A model generated the notes under the pieces. The model ran no database searches and was not told the origin of the DNA. It worked only from the letters and a program-made list of their open reading frames with translations. A DNA stretch of 64,000 nt from a candidate division WOR-3 bacterium (GTDB taxonomy: Bacteria > Hydrothermota > Tepidihabitantia > Tepidihabitantales > Tepidihabitantaceae), in NCBI GenBank assembly GCA_965649225.1, contig CBFGJX010000001.1, positions 32,001 through 96,000 of the forward strand, given 5' to 3'. The position numbers and the translations under genes were made by a program. Positions 19,506 to 29,702 of this stretch are shown here, one piece after another; within the stretch, counting starts at the first letter, position 1, and each line of letters begins with the position of its first letter.

Positions 19506-21145
19506 TGCCAGACCGACGGGTTTTCGCCGCCCATCACGGCGACACGGTCGAGTTTCTCCACGGAACATCTTGTTGGCAGCACCGAGAGTTCACCATCGAG
19601 CGCGTCCGGCTGCGGCCGCAATAGCGCACGATTGGAATGAACATTAACACCGACGACCACCGCCCCGGCCGGAGCTGCATCGCTGATACGCACACGCAGA
19701 TCAACACTCCCCGCATCGGTGGTTACACGCGCAAATCCGCCATCACCAGTTCCAAGCCGAGTGGCGTCAACAGAGTTCAATAACACCCAGTCCTCTTTGT
19801 CGAAGAAGCCGCGCAGGCCGATCGCCTTCTTCTCTCCGACAAACAGCCAATCATCAGAACCTGCCGAACCAACGGTGTCGGCCATCTGCTGTGCCAGCGC
19901 AATCACCGCAGCCGGCTCAACCGACCTGACAGGTGACTCAGCCAGCTCACCAGCCCGGCCAAAGAGTTCGAGAACTCGGCCAAAGGGACGTGAACCGCTG
20001 ACCGGACCGGCCAGAGGTTGACGTTCCACATTGCCCCAGTAGGAAGTCCCTGTTGAAGATCGTTCCAGCTCCGCGGCTAGGGGCAGAACCAGTCCCTTGA
20101 TCGGAGGGTCGGGCCGGAAGATAGCAGTCGCGACACGATACTCAATGCCATCAAGCTCCGGCAGTAAACCGGCATATGAGTACGGATACAGCCCACCAGT
20201 CCAGAATATCATTCTCACCCCGCCCTCACGGGCAGCCCGACAGAGACCAGCGAAGCTCTCGGTTCCTGCCGGAACAGCGCTCTCCCGGAACCCAACAAAC
20301 GGCTTCTTCCCAGCCAGTGCTACCAGCTGGCAAGCAAGGCTGTGCAAAGCAGGATGACAAACCCGGGCAGGATGCATTGCCGCACCAACGAACCCGGGTA
20401 TATCCGGTTTTAGCATCTTGGCCACTTCTACCAGCTCATCCCGGGTCGTACCTGCAAGCGCTGCAAACCGATCAATGTCAACACCAGTTCTGAATTGCTC
20501 GTCCAGCAATGCGGCAAGTGCCACCAGTACCAGTGGTTCAGTACCTACCCGAACCCGAAGAAACCGATTGGCCAGACCACTTTGTCTGGTGCGCACAGAA
20601 TCGACCACAACCATCCGGCTGCTTCGATCCGCGTAACGCGCATCAACCAGCCGCCAGGAAGCAACCGGTGACGTATTGAACACATCACCAATCAACAACG
20701 TTGCCCGCGACCTATCCAGGTCCTCAAGCATCGCATCCCTCACCCCCGCCAGCCGATGGTTGAAAGCATTCTCGGGCTCAATATGCCCGCAAACGAGATG
20801 AGGTGTTCCAATCGCAGCGGCCAAGCCGCGCAGGCGCCGCACCTCGTCCGCCGAACGCCCCCGGCTGTACACCAAAGCCAGCTCCGCCGGTCGAATTGCA
20901 GCAAGCCAGCCGCGGATCATCGCTTCCGCCTCAGACCACGTAATGTCGCGCCCGTCGAACAGCGGCCGGGATAACCGCTCGGGATGATCAAGCACTATGC
21001 TGGCCGAATTACCGCGCGGGCAGAGCCGACCACGGTTCACTTCGGCTTCAGTGAAGTAGTGCATTCGATACTGGTAGCCGTTGAAGTCAACGCCTGAGGT
21101 ACAACCGTTCAAACAGAAAGGACAGGTCGTCTTGGCGCTAGTCAT
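19502..21145 (-). CDS. Molybdopterin-oxidoreductase-family (NuoG C-terminal/FdhA-like) protein, probably degenerate
   Basis: N-terminal CPFCLNGC...LCPRG Fe4S4 motif; MVVVDSVRT; C-terminal dinucleotide-binding-like domain (LNSVDATRLG). Confidence 0.75.
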   Translation of the reverse strand: MTSAKTTCPFCLNGCTSGVDFNGYQYRMHYFTEAEVNRGRLCPRGNSASIVLDHPERLSRPLFDGRDITWSEAEAMIRGWLAAIRPAELALVYSRGRSADEVRRLRGLAAAIGTPHLVCGHIEPENAFNHRLAGVRDAMLEDLDRSRATLLIGDVFNTSPVASWRLVDARYADRSSRMVVVDSVRTRQSGLANRFLRVRVGTEPLVLVALAALLDEQFRTGVDIDRFAALAGTTRDELVEVAKMLKPDIPGFVGAAMHPARVCHPALHSLACQLVALAGKKPFVGFRESAVPAGTESFAGLCRAAREGGVRMIFWTGGLYPYSYAGLLPELDGIEYRVATAIFRPDPPIKGLVLPLAAELERSSTGTSYWGNVERQPLAGPVSGSRPFGRVLELFGRAGELAESPVRSVEPAAVIALAQQMADTVGSAGSDDWLFVGEKKAIGLRGFFDKEDWVLLNSVDATRLGTGDGGFARVTTDAGSVDLRVRISDAAPAGAVVVGVNVHSNRALLRPQPDALDGELSVLPTRCSVEKLDRVAVMGGENPSVWQ

Positions 21146-21960
21146 CAAACGAACGGCTCCTCGATATCCTTTATCTGCTCCCAGGTGAGTACCGGCCCGT
21201 CCTTACAGGTGAAATACGGCCCCAGTTTGCAGTGGCCACACTGACCCAGGCCGCAGGACATGTTCATCTCCATCGAAAGATAGATGTTCTGCCCCCGAAA
21301 ACCGGCGTCGAGGAGTTTCTTGGTGACAAACTTCATCATCACCGGGGGCCCGCAGACCACTGCGACGCTCTCTTTCTCGTCACAAGGGATCTCGTCCATC
21401 AAACAGGTCACAACACCTACCTTTTTCATCCACCTTTCGTCCGAAACGTCCACCGAGAGATCGATGTCGACGCCAGGCAGTTTTTCCCATTCAGGCAACA
21501 GGTACTTGTAGACAATATCGGCCGGCGTCCGCGCCCCGTATCGGAGAAAAATCCGCTTGTACTTCTGTTTTTCGTGTATCAACGCCAGAAACAAGGCCCG
21601 CAATGGCGCCAACCCGACGCCCCCGCCAACAATGTAAATGTCACGTCCTTCGAACTTCTCCAGCGGGTAACGCATCCCGTATGGTCCACGCAATCCGACA
21701 TAATCACCCGGCTGAAGGCCAAACAGCGCCGTAGTTGCCCGTCCAACCCGCATTATTGTCACCTCCAGTGTTTCGCGCTGAAAATGCGACGAAGAAGGCG
21801 TGAAGGGCGCCTCGCCATGGCCAGGTACAGTGAGTTCGACAAACTGACCAGCGAGGAACGGAATCTCCCGCTCCGGCCTGAGTACGAACGTCCTGATATT
21901 CGGCGTCTCGTCAATCAGCCTCAGAATCTCGGCCCGGACCGGCTGATAGGGGTTGTTCAT
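21145..21960 (-). CDS. FAD/NAD(P)-binding [2Fe-2S] subunit (AsrB/HydG/PyrK-like)
   Basis: AGQFVEL, LRGPYG, GGGVGLAP, VCGPPVMM, MSCGLGQCGHC...CKDGP. Confidence 0.92.
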   Translation of the reverse strand: MNNPYQPVRAEILRLIDETPNIRTFVLRPEREIPFLAGQFVELTVPGHGEAPFTPSSSHFQRETLEVTIMRVGRATTALFGLQPGDYVGLRGPYGMRYPLEKFEGRDIYIVGGGVGLAPLRALFLALIHEKQKYKRIFLRYGARTPADIVYKYLLPEWEKLPGVDIDLSVDVSDERWMKKVGVVTCLMDEIPCDEKESVAVVCGPPVMMKFVTKKLLDAGFRGQNIYLSMEMNMSCGLGQCGHCKLGPYFTCKDGPVLTWEQIKDIEEPFV

Positions 21961-22991
21961 ACCGACAACAGCACCCGACGGATGTCGATTTTGCCCATAC
22001 AAACCCGGAAGCAGCGTCCGCACCCGGAACAGGCATAGAAACCGTTGCTGTTCTTGAAGTGTTGAAATTTGCATTCAAAACGGTTCGCAAACCGTCGTAG
22101 AAACTGACCACGAGGATTCGCACCGCCTCCGACCCGCTGATAGGCCGCCAGATAGCAGGCATCCCATACCTTCAGCCGTTCCATCTGCCTGCCTTGCAGT
22201 TGATCGTAAAGCAGAAAGCAGTAACAGGTGGGACAGCTCAACAGGCAACCATAACACTCAACGCAGTCGGCTGCGTGCTCGGCATAGAACGGCGCGTCGG
22301 TTTCACGCCGGCGCAACCGCGCAGGCAAATCCGCCGGCAATGGTTCAGGGTTGATTTCAGCAAGCTTCGCTTCGGCCCCGGCCCGGATCTCGTCACGTCG
22401 TTGCACCAAGGCTTCATCTGCCTGTCCCGGCAACACATCATCCAGCAACGCCAGCAGTTCCTGCCCCCGCGGCGTCAGTGGCTCAACCAGCCACTGCCCA
22501 TCGACTTCCGACACAACCACGTCGGCGCCCTCGCGAACATACGGTCGGCCTCCGACAAGGTTGCAGAAACACGAATCTGCCGGAGCTGGACAATCGGCCG
22601 CTACCAGAATCGTGTTCTCCAGCCGTAGCTGGTAGAAAGGGTCGACGAACTCACCCTCCAGAAACATCTTCCGGTGCACTGCCAAGGCTGCGATATCGCA
22701 ACCCTTGACGCCGAAAAGCACCTGCTTGTCAGATGAAGCTGGTTCCGATGGATCAGGAAAACTGGCGACGGTCTCGCGGGATTTGAACAAGAAAGATTTC
22801 ACCGGCTCCGCCGCTCTTATTTGGGTCAGCGCCGGAACCGGTGATTGCGTGCCGCCGAGACCCCCCGGCGGGCCAAACTTCTGCCAGTGGATATGGTTTT
22901 CTACCGCCTGGGGCACGAACAAAGTGAACCGCGCGCCAATGCGCTCAAGCCACTGCACCTGTTGCTCACGCGATAGGCAGCTGCTCGCCAC
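21957..22991 (-). CDS. 4Fe-4S subunit (AsrA/HydB-like)
   Basis: FGVKGCD, CFC, CVECYGCLLSCPTCYC, CSGCGRCFRVC; start placed at GTG 22991. Confidence 0.88.
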   Translation of the reverse strand: MASSCLSREQQVQWLERIGARFTLFVPQAVENHIHWQKFGPPGGLGGTQSPVPALTQIRAAEPVKSFLFKSRETVASFPDPSEPASSDKQVLFGVKGCDIAALAVHRKMFLEGEFVDPFYQLRLENTILVAADCPAPADSCFCNLVGGRPYVREGADVVVSEVDGQWLVEPLTPRGQELLALLDDVLPGQADEALVQRRDEIRAGAEAKLAEINPEPLPADLPARLRRRETDAPFYAEHAADCVECYGCLLSCPTCYCFLLYDQLQGRQMERLKVWDACYLAAYQRVGGGANPRGQFLRRFANRFECKFQHFKNSNGFYACSGCGRCFRVCMGKIDIRRVLLSV

Positions 22992-22999
22992 TTGGCGCA

Positions 23000-23027
23000 A
23001 AAATACCGACTGCCATCGGCATGTCAA
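23000..23027 (-). promoter_or_regulatory. Putative sigma70 promoter of the hydrogenase operon
   Basis: TTGACA, 16-nt spacer, TATTTT, 8 nt before GTG 22991. Confidence 0.45.
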
Positions 23028-23080
23028 GAAAAAAGTCAGACTTGATAACGGAACCTTTATCGTTCATCATTCCGGCGGTA

Positions 23081-23443
23081 ATGATGCCAAGGCTGACACT
23101 GCTGCTCATCGCAACCACTGTGCTGCTGCAGGCTGCGCCCGCCTTTTCTCCACCAGATTCCGTACCCCGCGAACCAGACCGGTGGCTGGGGATGGACAAG
23201 TTCTGGCACTTTTCGGCCTCCTTTGTTTCGGTCGGTGCCGGCTATCACCTTTTTGCCAACCGAATCGGCTTCAATCACGAAAACGCTGCTGCTGCGGCCA
23301 GCGCCGGGACAATCACCCTCGGCATCAGCAAGGAATTCTACGATCTTCTTGGCCGTGAACGGCACTTTTCCTGGAAAGACATCGTCGCCGACTTGTGCGG
23401 CATCGGCGCCGGTTATCTCGTGTTCGTCCACCAATGGCGGTAG
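23081..23443 (+). CDS. YfiM/DUF2279-like exported membrane protein
   Basis: Signal peptide; DRWLGMDKFWHF...KEFYD...FSWKDIVAD pattern. Confidence 0.7.
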   Translation: MMPRLTLLLIATTVLLQAAPAFSPPDSVPREPDRWLGMDKFWHFSASFVSVGAGYHLFANRIGFNHENAAAAASAGTITLGISKEFYDLLGRERHFSWKDIVADLCGIGAGYLVFVHQWR

Positions 23444-23874
23444 CCGAAGAGCTGCTGAACCAACTGCAAACCGAAAACCTGTCCCTGCTCGTCATCACTC
23501 CGTCCGGCCGAGACTACCGGTTCACCAAACCCGGTGTTCAGCCCTTGCTCGAACTCCTTGAACTTGATCCCAGTGACCTGCACGGGGCAAACGTCGCCGA
23601 TCGTGTCGTTGGCTCCTGCGCCGCCCGGATTTTTGTCCACATCGGTGCTGCAAACGTTGTCGGAATAGAAGGTTCGCTCGCCGCTTCAACAGTACTGCAA
23701 GAGGCCGCTATCGCCTGGTACTTCCGCCTCACCGTCCCGGAAATCCGCAATCGCAGCGGCGACGGAATGTGTCCGTTCGAACAACTGAGCCTCCAGCACC
23801 CGGAGATGGACTCTTTCCTAGCCGCCATCCGCGACCGATTCAATTTCTCGTCCCCCTCCAAGCGGGTTCCCTGA
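23434..23874 (+). CDS. DUF1893 (TM1506-like) protein
   Basis: GVQPLL, ADRVVGSCAA, IRNRSGDGMCPFE. Confidence 0.8.
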   Translation: MAVAEELLNQLQTENLSLLVITPSGRDYRFTKPGVQPLLELLELDPSDLHGANVADRVVGSCAARIFVHIGAANVVGIEGSLAASTVLQEAAIAWYFRLTVPEIRNRSGDGMCPFEQLSLQHPEMDSFLAAIRDRFNFSSPSKRVP

Positions 23875-24223
23875 AGTTGTACCCGGTTATACCCAGCCTC
23901 ACCGCGCTGTCACCGTTCCGGCCCAATCAGGCTCAGCGGCGCTGGAACATCCGGTCTGTCAATATCAAACAGGCATCGGACCGTCCGACAACGCCAGTCG
24001 CCCTCAGACTGACATGGGAGTCGTTCCCCCCATTGCCCTGCCGGCTTCTTGTGGGACACCCCAATCGCCCTGCAGGGCCGAAGTTGCTAGCGCCAGAATC
24101 GCTCAACAACATATGCAACATTATGTTACGACACACTGAATGTAAGAATATGGACCCCAAGGGGCTCAGGCAGCAAACCACGGTTTTGACTGTATACCGC
24201 TCGGAGCCTGGAATCACCAGAAC

Positions 24224-26086
24224 TTGAAGCCAGAACGCTGGGATGTTATTGTTGTTGGAGCCGGCCACGCTGGCTGTGAAGCCGCCTTGGCGGCAGCCCG
24301 ACTGGGTTGTTCGGTTTTGTTGCTGACCCAGAATCTCGATACGATCGCCCAGATGTCCTGCAACCCGGCGGTCGGCGGCGTCGGCAAGGGACAGCTTGTC
24401 CGCGAAATCGATGCTCTTGGCGGCGCCATGCCCCGGGTAACCGATCAGGCCGGCATTCACTTTCGCCAGCTGAACACGTCAAAAGGCCGGGCAGTGCAGT
24501 CCTCCCGTGTTCAGGTTGACCGTTCACTCTACCGGCGGCTGATGAAATCGCTGATTGAATCGACCCGGAACATCGCAGTTCGACAAGCTTCTGTTGCGCG
24601 CGTCCTGCGGCGAAACCGTACCTGTGTCGGGGTCCAGACCATCACCGGCGAAAAACTGACCGGCCAGACTGTGGTGCTTGCTCCCGGCACTTTCCTTTCT
24701 GGCCTTGTTCATATTGGCCTGACAAGTTTTCCCGCCGGCCGGCTGGGCGAAGCACCGGCCAATGAACTGGCCCAAAACCTGCGCGAATTTGGATTCAGGA
24801 TTGGACGGTTCAAGACCGGCACTCCCCCGCGCATTGACCTACGCTCAATTGCTACTGAAAAGCTCACAGCCCAGCCGGGCGACAAGGAACCGCTGGCTTT
24901 CTCGATTCACACGACTGCACCGGTCCAAAACCTTGTTGAATGCTGGATCACCTACACGACCCCTGCCACACATCACATCGTCCGGACCGGGCTAAAGCAG
25001 TCCCCATTGTACAGCGGGATTATCAAGGGCACCGGCGTCCGTTACTGCCCTTCGCTTGAAGACAAGGTCGTAAAGTTTCCCGAACGCACAAGCCACCATA
25101 TCTTCATCGAGCCCGAAGGCACTGACACGGTCGAATGTTACCCTAACGGCATCTCAACGAGCCTGCCGGTCGAACTACAACTTCGGGTTCTACACTCGAT
25201 TCCCGGACTTGAACATTGCTGGATGATGCGCCCTGGCTATGCGATCGAGCACGACTACTCCGACCCGACCCAGCTGTTGCCGACGCTCGAAACCAAGCTG
25301 CTGCGTAATCTGTTCTTCGCCGGCCAGATCAATGGCACAACTGGTTACGAAGAAGCGGCGGCGCAGGGACTGGTCGCCGGCGTCAACGCCGCGCTGCGGG
25401 CACTTGGCCGTCCCGCCTTCACCCTCGGTCGCGGCGACGGATACATCGGCGTCATGATCGACGACCTGACGATGCGCGGCACCGACGAACCTTATCGGAT
25501 GTTCACCGCCCGTGTCGAGCACCGCCTCCTCCTGCGTGAGGACAACGCCGATCTGCGCCTGGCGCCACGGGCATACAGTATCGGTCTGCTCGATACCGCC
25601 ACCTACCGGCGTGCAAAAGCAAAACTTGCTGCCTGCGCTGAAGCGTTCCGCTGGCTCAAAGACAACCGCATCAAACCAACTCCGGCGGTAAACCGTGTCC
25701 TGCGGCGTCTGAAAACCACAACGCTGCGCGAGCCGGTGACGGCATACGAACTGCTCAAACGGCCCGAAATCGGCTGGTCAGACATTGTCCGCCTCGCTCC
25801 GGGCGCACCCAGACTGACAGCCATGGCCCAGAATCATGTTGAGGTTGAGGTAAAGTACGCCGGCTACATCCGGCGGGCCGAACGACAGCTCGCTGCTCTC
25901 AATCAATTGGAGAAGATCCGGATTCCTCCCCGGTTCGACTTCTCCGTCGTTCCCGGTCTTTCCCATGAGATTCGCGAAAAACTGCAGAAAGCCAGACCCG
26001 GGAATCTGGCTCAGGCTCAAAACGTGCCTGGCGTGACGCCGGCGGCCCTGTTTGCGCTGAACGTTTTTCTCTGTTCAAAGAGATGA
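24224..26086 (+). CDS. mnmG: tRNA uridine 5-carboxymethylaminomethyl modification enzyme MnmG (GidA)
   Basis: [54 protein letters not shown]. Confidence 0.98.
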   Translation: MKPERWDVIVVGAGHAGCEAALAAARLGCSVLLLTQNLDTIAQMSCNPAVGGVGKGQLVREIDALGGAMPRVTDQAGIHFRQLNTSKGRAVQSSRVQVDRSLYRRLMKSLIESTRNIAVRQASVARVLRRNRTCVGVQTITGEKLTGQTVVLAPGTFLSGLVHIGLTSFPAGRLGEAPANELAQNLREFGFRIGRFKTGTPPRIDLRSIATEKLTAQPGDKEPLAFSIHTTAPVQNLVECWITYTTPATHHIVRTGLKQSPLYSGIIKGTGVRYCPSLEDKVVKFPERTSHHIFIEPEGTDTVECYPNGISTSLPVELQLRVLHSIPGLEHCWMMRPGYAIEHDYSDPTQLLPTLETKLLRNLFFAGQINGTTGYEEAAAQGLVAGVNAALRALGRPAFTLGRGDGYIGVMIDDLTMRGTDEPYRMFTARVEHRLLLREDNADLRLAPRAYSIGLLDTATYRRAKAKLAACAEAFRWLKDNRIKPTPAVNRVLRRLKTTTLREPVTAYELLKRPEIGWSDIVRLAPGAPRLTAMAQNHVEVEVKYAGYIRRAERQLAALNQLEKIRIPPRFDFSVVPGLSHEIREKLQKARPGNLAQAQNVPGVTPAALFALNVFLCSKR

Positions 26087-26751
26087 CGAGCGGCCTTCGC
26101 AACACGCTGGAATCGACCGCCCGGACCCGTGGCGCCGTCGCCTTCGGTGTCTGTCAAATTGCCGACATCCGAACTGATGACTTCCAGCTTCCGGCCGAAC
26201 TCCTCGCCCAGATGCCTGTCGCCATCAGCGTCGGACTGCCGGTGGCAGCTGAAGTGCTTGCAACCATCAAGGGCTGTCCCAACCGGCTTTACGAACATCA
26301 CTACCGGCAGATCAACTTTGCGCTCGATCGCCTCGGGCTGGAGCTTGTCAATCTGATTCACAACCTCGGCGGCAAAGCTCTGGCAATTCCTGCCTCACAG
26401 ATTGTCGACTGGGACCGGCAGCTCGCCCACGTCTCGCACAAACGCGTGGCTGTTGCGGCCGGCGTCGGCTGGCTTGGCCGCAACAATCTTGTCGTTTCGC
26501 CCGACCACGGTGCCCGCATCCGATTGCTCACCGTGATCACAGATCTTGACCTGAAACCGGACCAGCCCCTGGCCGCTGACTGTGGTGAGTGTCACGCCTG
26601 CGTTACCGTCTGTCCGGCCGGTGCAATCAAAGACCATCCTGCGGACTTTGACCATACCGCCTGTTTCGCCCGATTGAAAGAATTTCAGCGCCAGCGACTG
26701 GTGAGCCAGTACATCTGTGGCGTCTGCGTTCAGGCCTGCGGTCCGCGCTAG
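26083..26751 (+). CDS. QueG-like 4Fe-4S double-cluster protein
   Basis: [39 protein letters not shown]. Confidence 0.8.
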   Translation: MTSGLRNTLESTARTRGAVAFGVCQIADIRTDDFQLPAELLAQMPVAISVGLPVAAEVLATIKGCPNRLYEHHYRQINFALDRLGLELVNLIHNLGGKALAIPASQIVDWDRQLAHVSHKRVAVAAGVGWLGRNNLVVSPDHGARIRLLTVITDLDLKPDQPLAADCGECHACVTVCPAGAIKDHPADFDHTACFARLKEFQRQRLVSQYICGVCVQACGPR

Positions 26752-28940
26752 CGCTCGTAGCGAAAATCGCGCCCCACCGACAGCACAAACTCAAACCGCA
26801 GGCTCCGGCCGGGACGGGGGAAATCCCCGGCGCCTACCAGAAACTGCAGTGGGCCGGCCGGTGTGTTGGTACGCAATCCGAATCCCGCTCCCCAGTGCAA
26901 AGCAGCATACGCCGGCGCTTCCAGTCGGGCCAGATCCGGCCGTTCGAAGATGCCGGCATCGATCACGGTCTGGATATAGACCGGGTAATCCTCACGCTCA
27001 AAAAGATTCAGCAGCCGATAATCGAAGCCACCACGAACCGCTGCTTGGAAATCGCCTGCCAGTTCACCGTCAGCAAAACCAACAAAACGCTCGCCGCCAG
27101 TTCGCAACAGCTCATTCGAAGCCGGCCTGCCGACAATGAGGCCAAGACTGAAGCCTCCGCGCCACAGCAACCGCCTGCCCAAGGCGACACCATTCTGCCC
27201 TGCTGCCAGCAGTTTGAGGAATCGCCGTCCACCACCCGTCGTCGGTAACGAGTACAGTGCCCTGATTCGCAACTCCCGCCCCGGACCCGGAAAATCAATA
27301 TCACGATAGGTATTGACATCCAGTCGGCCGGTCAGCCCGGCAACAATGTCTACGCCAGCTGAATCCGGCAGACTGCCGACCAATGCCCGATGACGCGCTC
27401 GGTATAGAACCAACCCAGCGCCCCAGAAATGTTCCTGTCCCAGCGACCACCCGGTCTCAGTTTCGATGCCGGTCAACGCCGTACGCCCGTAGGCTACTGG
27501 CACGCGCTCCCACCACCAGATTCTTCCTGCCTCTGAACACATGCCGTCGAAACGATAGGCCAGCGGCAAACCGAAGAGCCGCGTCGCCTCCAGTCCGGCC
27601 CGGACCTCGGTCGGATTGCCCAGCGTGAATGCACCGCGGGCCAGCATTCCTGAACCAAATAGGTTTCCCTGTCCAACAGCCAACCCAACGCCGACGCCGT
27701 CGCTGTTGTCATACCGCACTCCAAGGCCATAAAAGCCATGCGGCGGCTCTGAGAGCTCAATGACAATATCGGTGGACTCACCGACAACCGGCTCCAGTCG
27801 ATATCGGACGCTCTCGAAAAGACCGGTCGCATAGATACGCTCGAGATCGTCGACCAGCTCTGAGAAACTCAATAAGCCACCTGCCCGCGTCCGGACATTA
27901 CGCATGACCACCGACGGCCTGGTTGCGCGCAACCCCTCCAGCCGAACTGACCGCACTACCGGTCGAGGCCGCTGTGCCGGAGTTCTGCCCTTTCCGTATT
28001 TCACCTTGCCGGCCAGCCGACGTTTGAGTTCGGGTAACGCCTTCTGCGCGGCACTTTCACCAACGGCGATAAGCTCCGCCGCCCGGGCAAAATCCGAACT
28101 GCGAAAGCGGTCCAAATCCGGTTCAATGACGAAATCGGCCAGCGCCTTCTGCGCCTCGGTTTCAGCCGCACCGACAAGATCTACCGACCGGGCCGCAATG
28201 TCGACCACAGAAGCGCCAGAATCGGCATGACGACGACGAGTCAGCACCGCGATCACAAAGTCAGGCCCGAACTCTGCCAGCGGCTCGACCGGCAACCGTT
28301 GCTGTACACCGCCATCCACCAGCTGCATGGAGTCAATCTGTTCGGGAGCAAACACTCCGGGGATGGCAATACTGGCCCGAATCGCGCGCTGCAGTCGTCC
28401 TGCACGCAGAACGACACGCCGGCCAGTCAAAAGGTCAACTGCCACTGCCCGAAACGGCACCGGCAGACTGTCGAAGTCATAGTACGTCGAATACTCAATA
28501 TCAGAAAGCAGCCGCATCAGCAGAAAATCAACATTCTGCAGCGGTATGACTCCGCCGGGCAACTGTGGTACAAACCGACGATGGCGCAACTGGATGATGT
28601 AACGGTTCGCCCGCTGTCTCTCAGCCAGATAGCCGGAACCAATACTGATTTTCGTCGAGAACAGCCGGCTCCATTCTACGTTCAAGGCAATGCTCTCGAT
28701 CTGCTTGGCACTGAAACCGGCCGCCCAGACCCCGCCGACCATCGCCCCCATGCTCGTGCCGGCAACCGCAGCAACCGGTATGCTTTCCTTCTCCAGTACC
28801 TTCAACACCCCGACGTGGGCAAACCCCAGCGCTCCGCCACCAGACAATGCCAGTCCGACCCGAATGCCATCTCCCGTCACTGCGGCTGAAGCCACCGACA
28901 GCGCCAATACCATCCACAGCCCGAATGCGACAGCTCTCAT
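26748..28940 (-). CDS. Patatin-like phospholipase fused to POTRA and Omp85-type barrel (PlpD-like)
   Basis: Signal peptide, LSGGGALGFAHVG, GTSMG, DGG, POTRA-like segment, terminal GFGLRTNTPAGPL barrel strands. Confidence 0.85.
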   Translation of the reverse strand: MRAVAFGLWMVLALSVASAAVTGDGIRVGLALSGGGALGFAHVGVLKVLEKESIPVAAVAGTSMGAMVGGVWAAGFSAKQIESIALNVEWSRLFSTKISIGSGYLAERQRANRYIIQLRHRRFVPQLPGGVIPLQNVDFLLMRLLSDIEYSTYYDFDSLPVPFRAVAVDLLTGRRVVLRAGRLQRAIRASIAIPGVFAPEQIDSMQLVDGGVQQRLPVEPLAEFGPDFVIAVLTRRRHADSGASVVDIAARSVDLVGAAETEAQKALADFVIEPDLDRFRSSDFARAAELIAVGESAAQKALPELKRRLAGKVKYGKGRTPAQRPRPVVRSVRLEGLRATRPSVVMRNVRTRAGGLLSFSELVDDLERIYATGLFESVRYRLEPVVGESTDIVIELSEPPHGFYGLGVRYDNSDGVGVGLAVGQGNLFGSGMLARGAFTLGNPTEVRAGLEATRLFGLPLAYRFDGMCSEAGRIWWWERVPVAYGRTALTGIETETGWSLGQEHFWGAGLVLYRARHRALVGSLPDSAGVDIVAGLTGRLDVNTYRDIDFPGPGRELRIRALYSLPTTGGGRRFLKLLAAGQNGVALGRRLLWRGGFSLGLIVGRPASNELLRTGGERFVGFADGELAGDFQAAVRGGFDYRLLNLFEREDYPVYIQTVIDAGIFERPDLARLEAPAYAALHWGAGFGLRTNTPAGPLQFLVGAGDFPRPGRSLRFEFVLSVGRDFRYER

Positions 28941-29641
28941 TCTTCCTTGAAAAGAGCCGCTATCTCGCCGCTATCCAGTCGTCGCCAGCCGCCAGGCCGC
29001 AAGCCGGCCAGCGACACCCCTCCGATCCTCACCCGGCAAAGCCGGCGAACTCCATACCCCAGCACTCCGAGCATCCGCCGGATCTCGCGCTTGCGTCCCT
29101 CACTCAGAACTACCCGTATCCGATCCGAACCAACCCGGCGGAGCGCCACAGCCCGGGCCGGGCCATCCGCCAATCGGACGCCGCGCCGCAAAGCTTCCAG
29201 AAGAGCTTCATCTGCTGGCCGGTCGAGTTCGACTTCGTACTCTTTCTGAACCCGGTAGCGGGGATGAGTCAATCGCAAGGCAAGCTCGCCGTCATTGGTC
29301 AGCAACAGTAAGCCTTCAGACTCACGATCCAGCCTGCCCACTGGAAACAACCGTTCCCCAAGCGGCACCAGTTCGGTGACCAGCGGCCCGGTTTCGCGAC
29401 CGCGGCGACAGCTTGACAGATAGCCCGCTGGCTTGTAAACAGCAACCACAGTCCGCCGTAGTTTGGCAATGACCAACTTACCTTCAGCAGTCACCCGGTC
29501 CACAGTCGGGTCAATTGACTGTCCAACTAGTGCCACCTTGCCGTTTACGCTAATTCTTCCGGCGCGTATCAGCTCCTCGCAATGCCGGCGGGAAGCGATA
29601 CCGGCATCAGCCAGAAACTTCTGCAGTCGCACTCGCACCAC
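28937..29641 (-). CDS. rRNA pseudouridine synthase, RluB/RsuA family
   Basis: RLQKFLADAGIASRR S4 domain, PVGRLDRESEGLLLLTNDG; start uncertain between 29638 and 29677. Confidence 0.93.
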   Translation of the reverse strand: MVRVRLQKFLADAGIASRRHCEELIRAGRISVNGKVALVGQSIDPTVDRVTAEGKLVIAKLRRTVVAVYKPAGYLSSCRRGRETGPLVTELVPLGERLFPVGRLDRESEGLLLLTNDGELALRLTHPRYRVQKEYEVELDRPADEALLEALRRGVRLADGPARAVALRRVGSDRIRVVLSEGRKREIRRMLGVLGYGVRRLCRVRIGGVSLAGLRPGGWRRLDSGEIAALFKEE

Positions 29642-29702
29642 AGCTGCAAGCATCTGCAGTTCTGCCTCTTCTGTCAACCGGGAAATCGGTTAGAATGTCC
29701 TG

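Noticed and set aside
8275..23027. Hydrogenase operon as an island inserted at tRNA-Met
   Set aside because: No integrase, no duplicated tRNA 3' end seen, and no evident compositional shift
23044..23061. GATAA-N8-TTATC Fur-like palindrome upstream of the hydrogenase operon
   Set aside because: The arms are only 5 bp, the spacing differs from the Fur box, and it overlaps a predicted promoter; too weak to call
23875..24223. Possible oriC next to mnmG/gidA
   Set aside because: Only one near-match DnaA box (TTATACCCA at 23887), no box cluster, and by eye the plus strand stays C-rich on both sides with no skew switch
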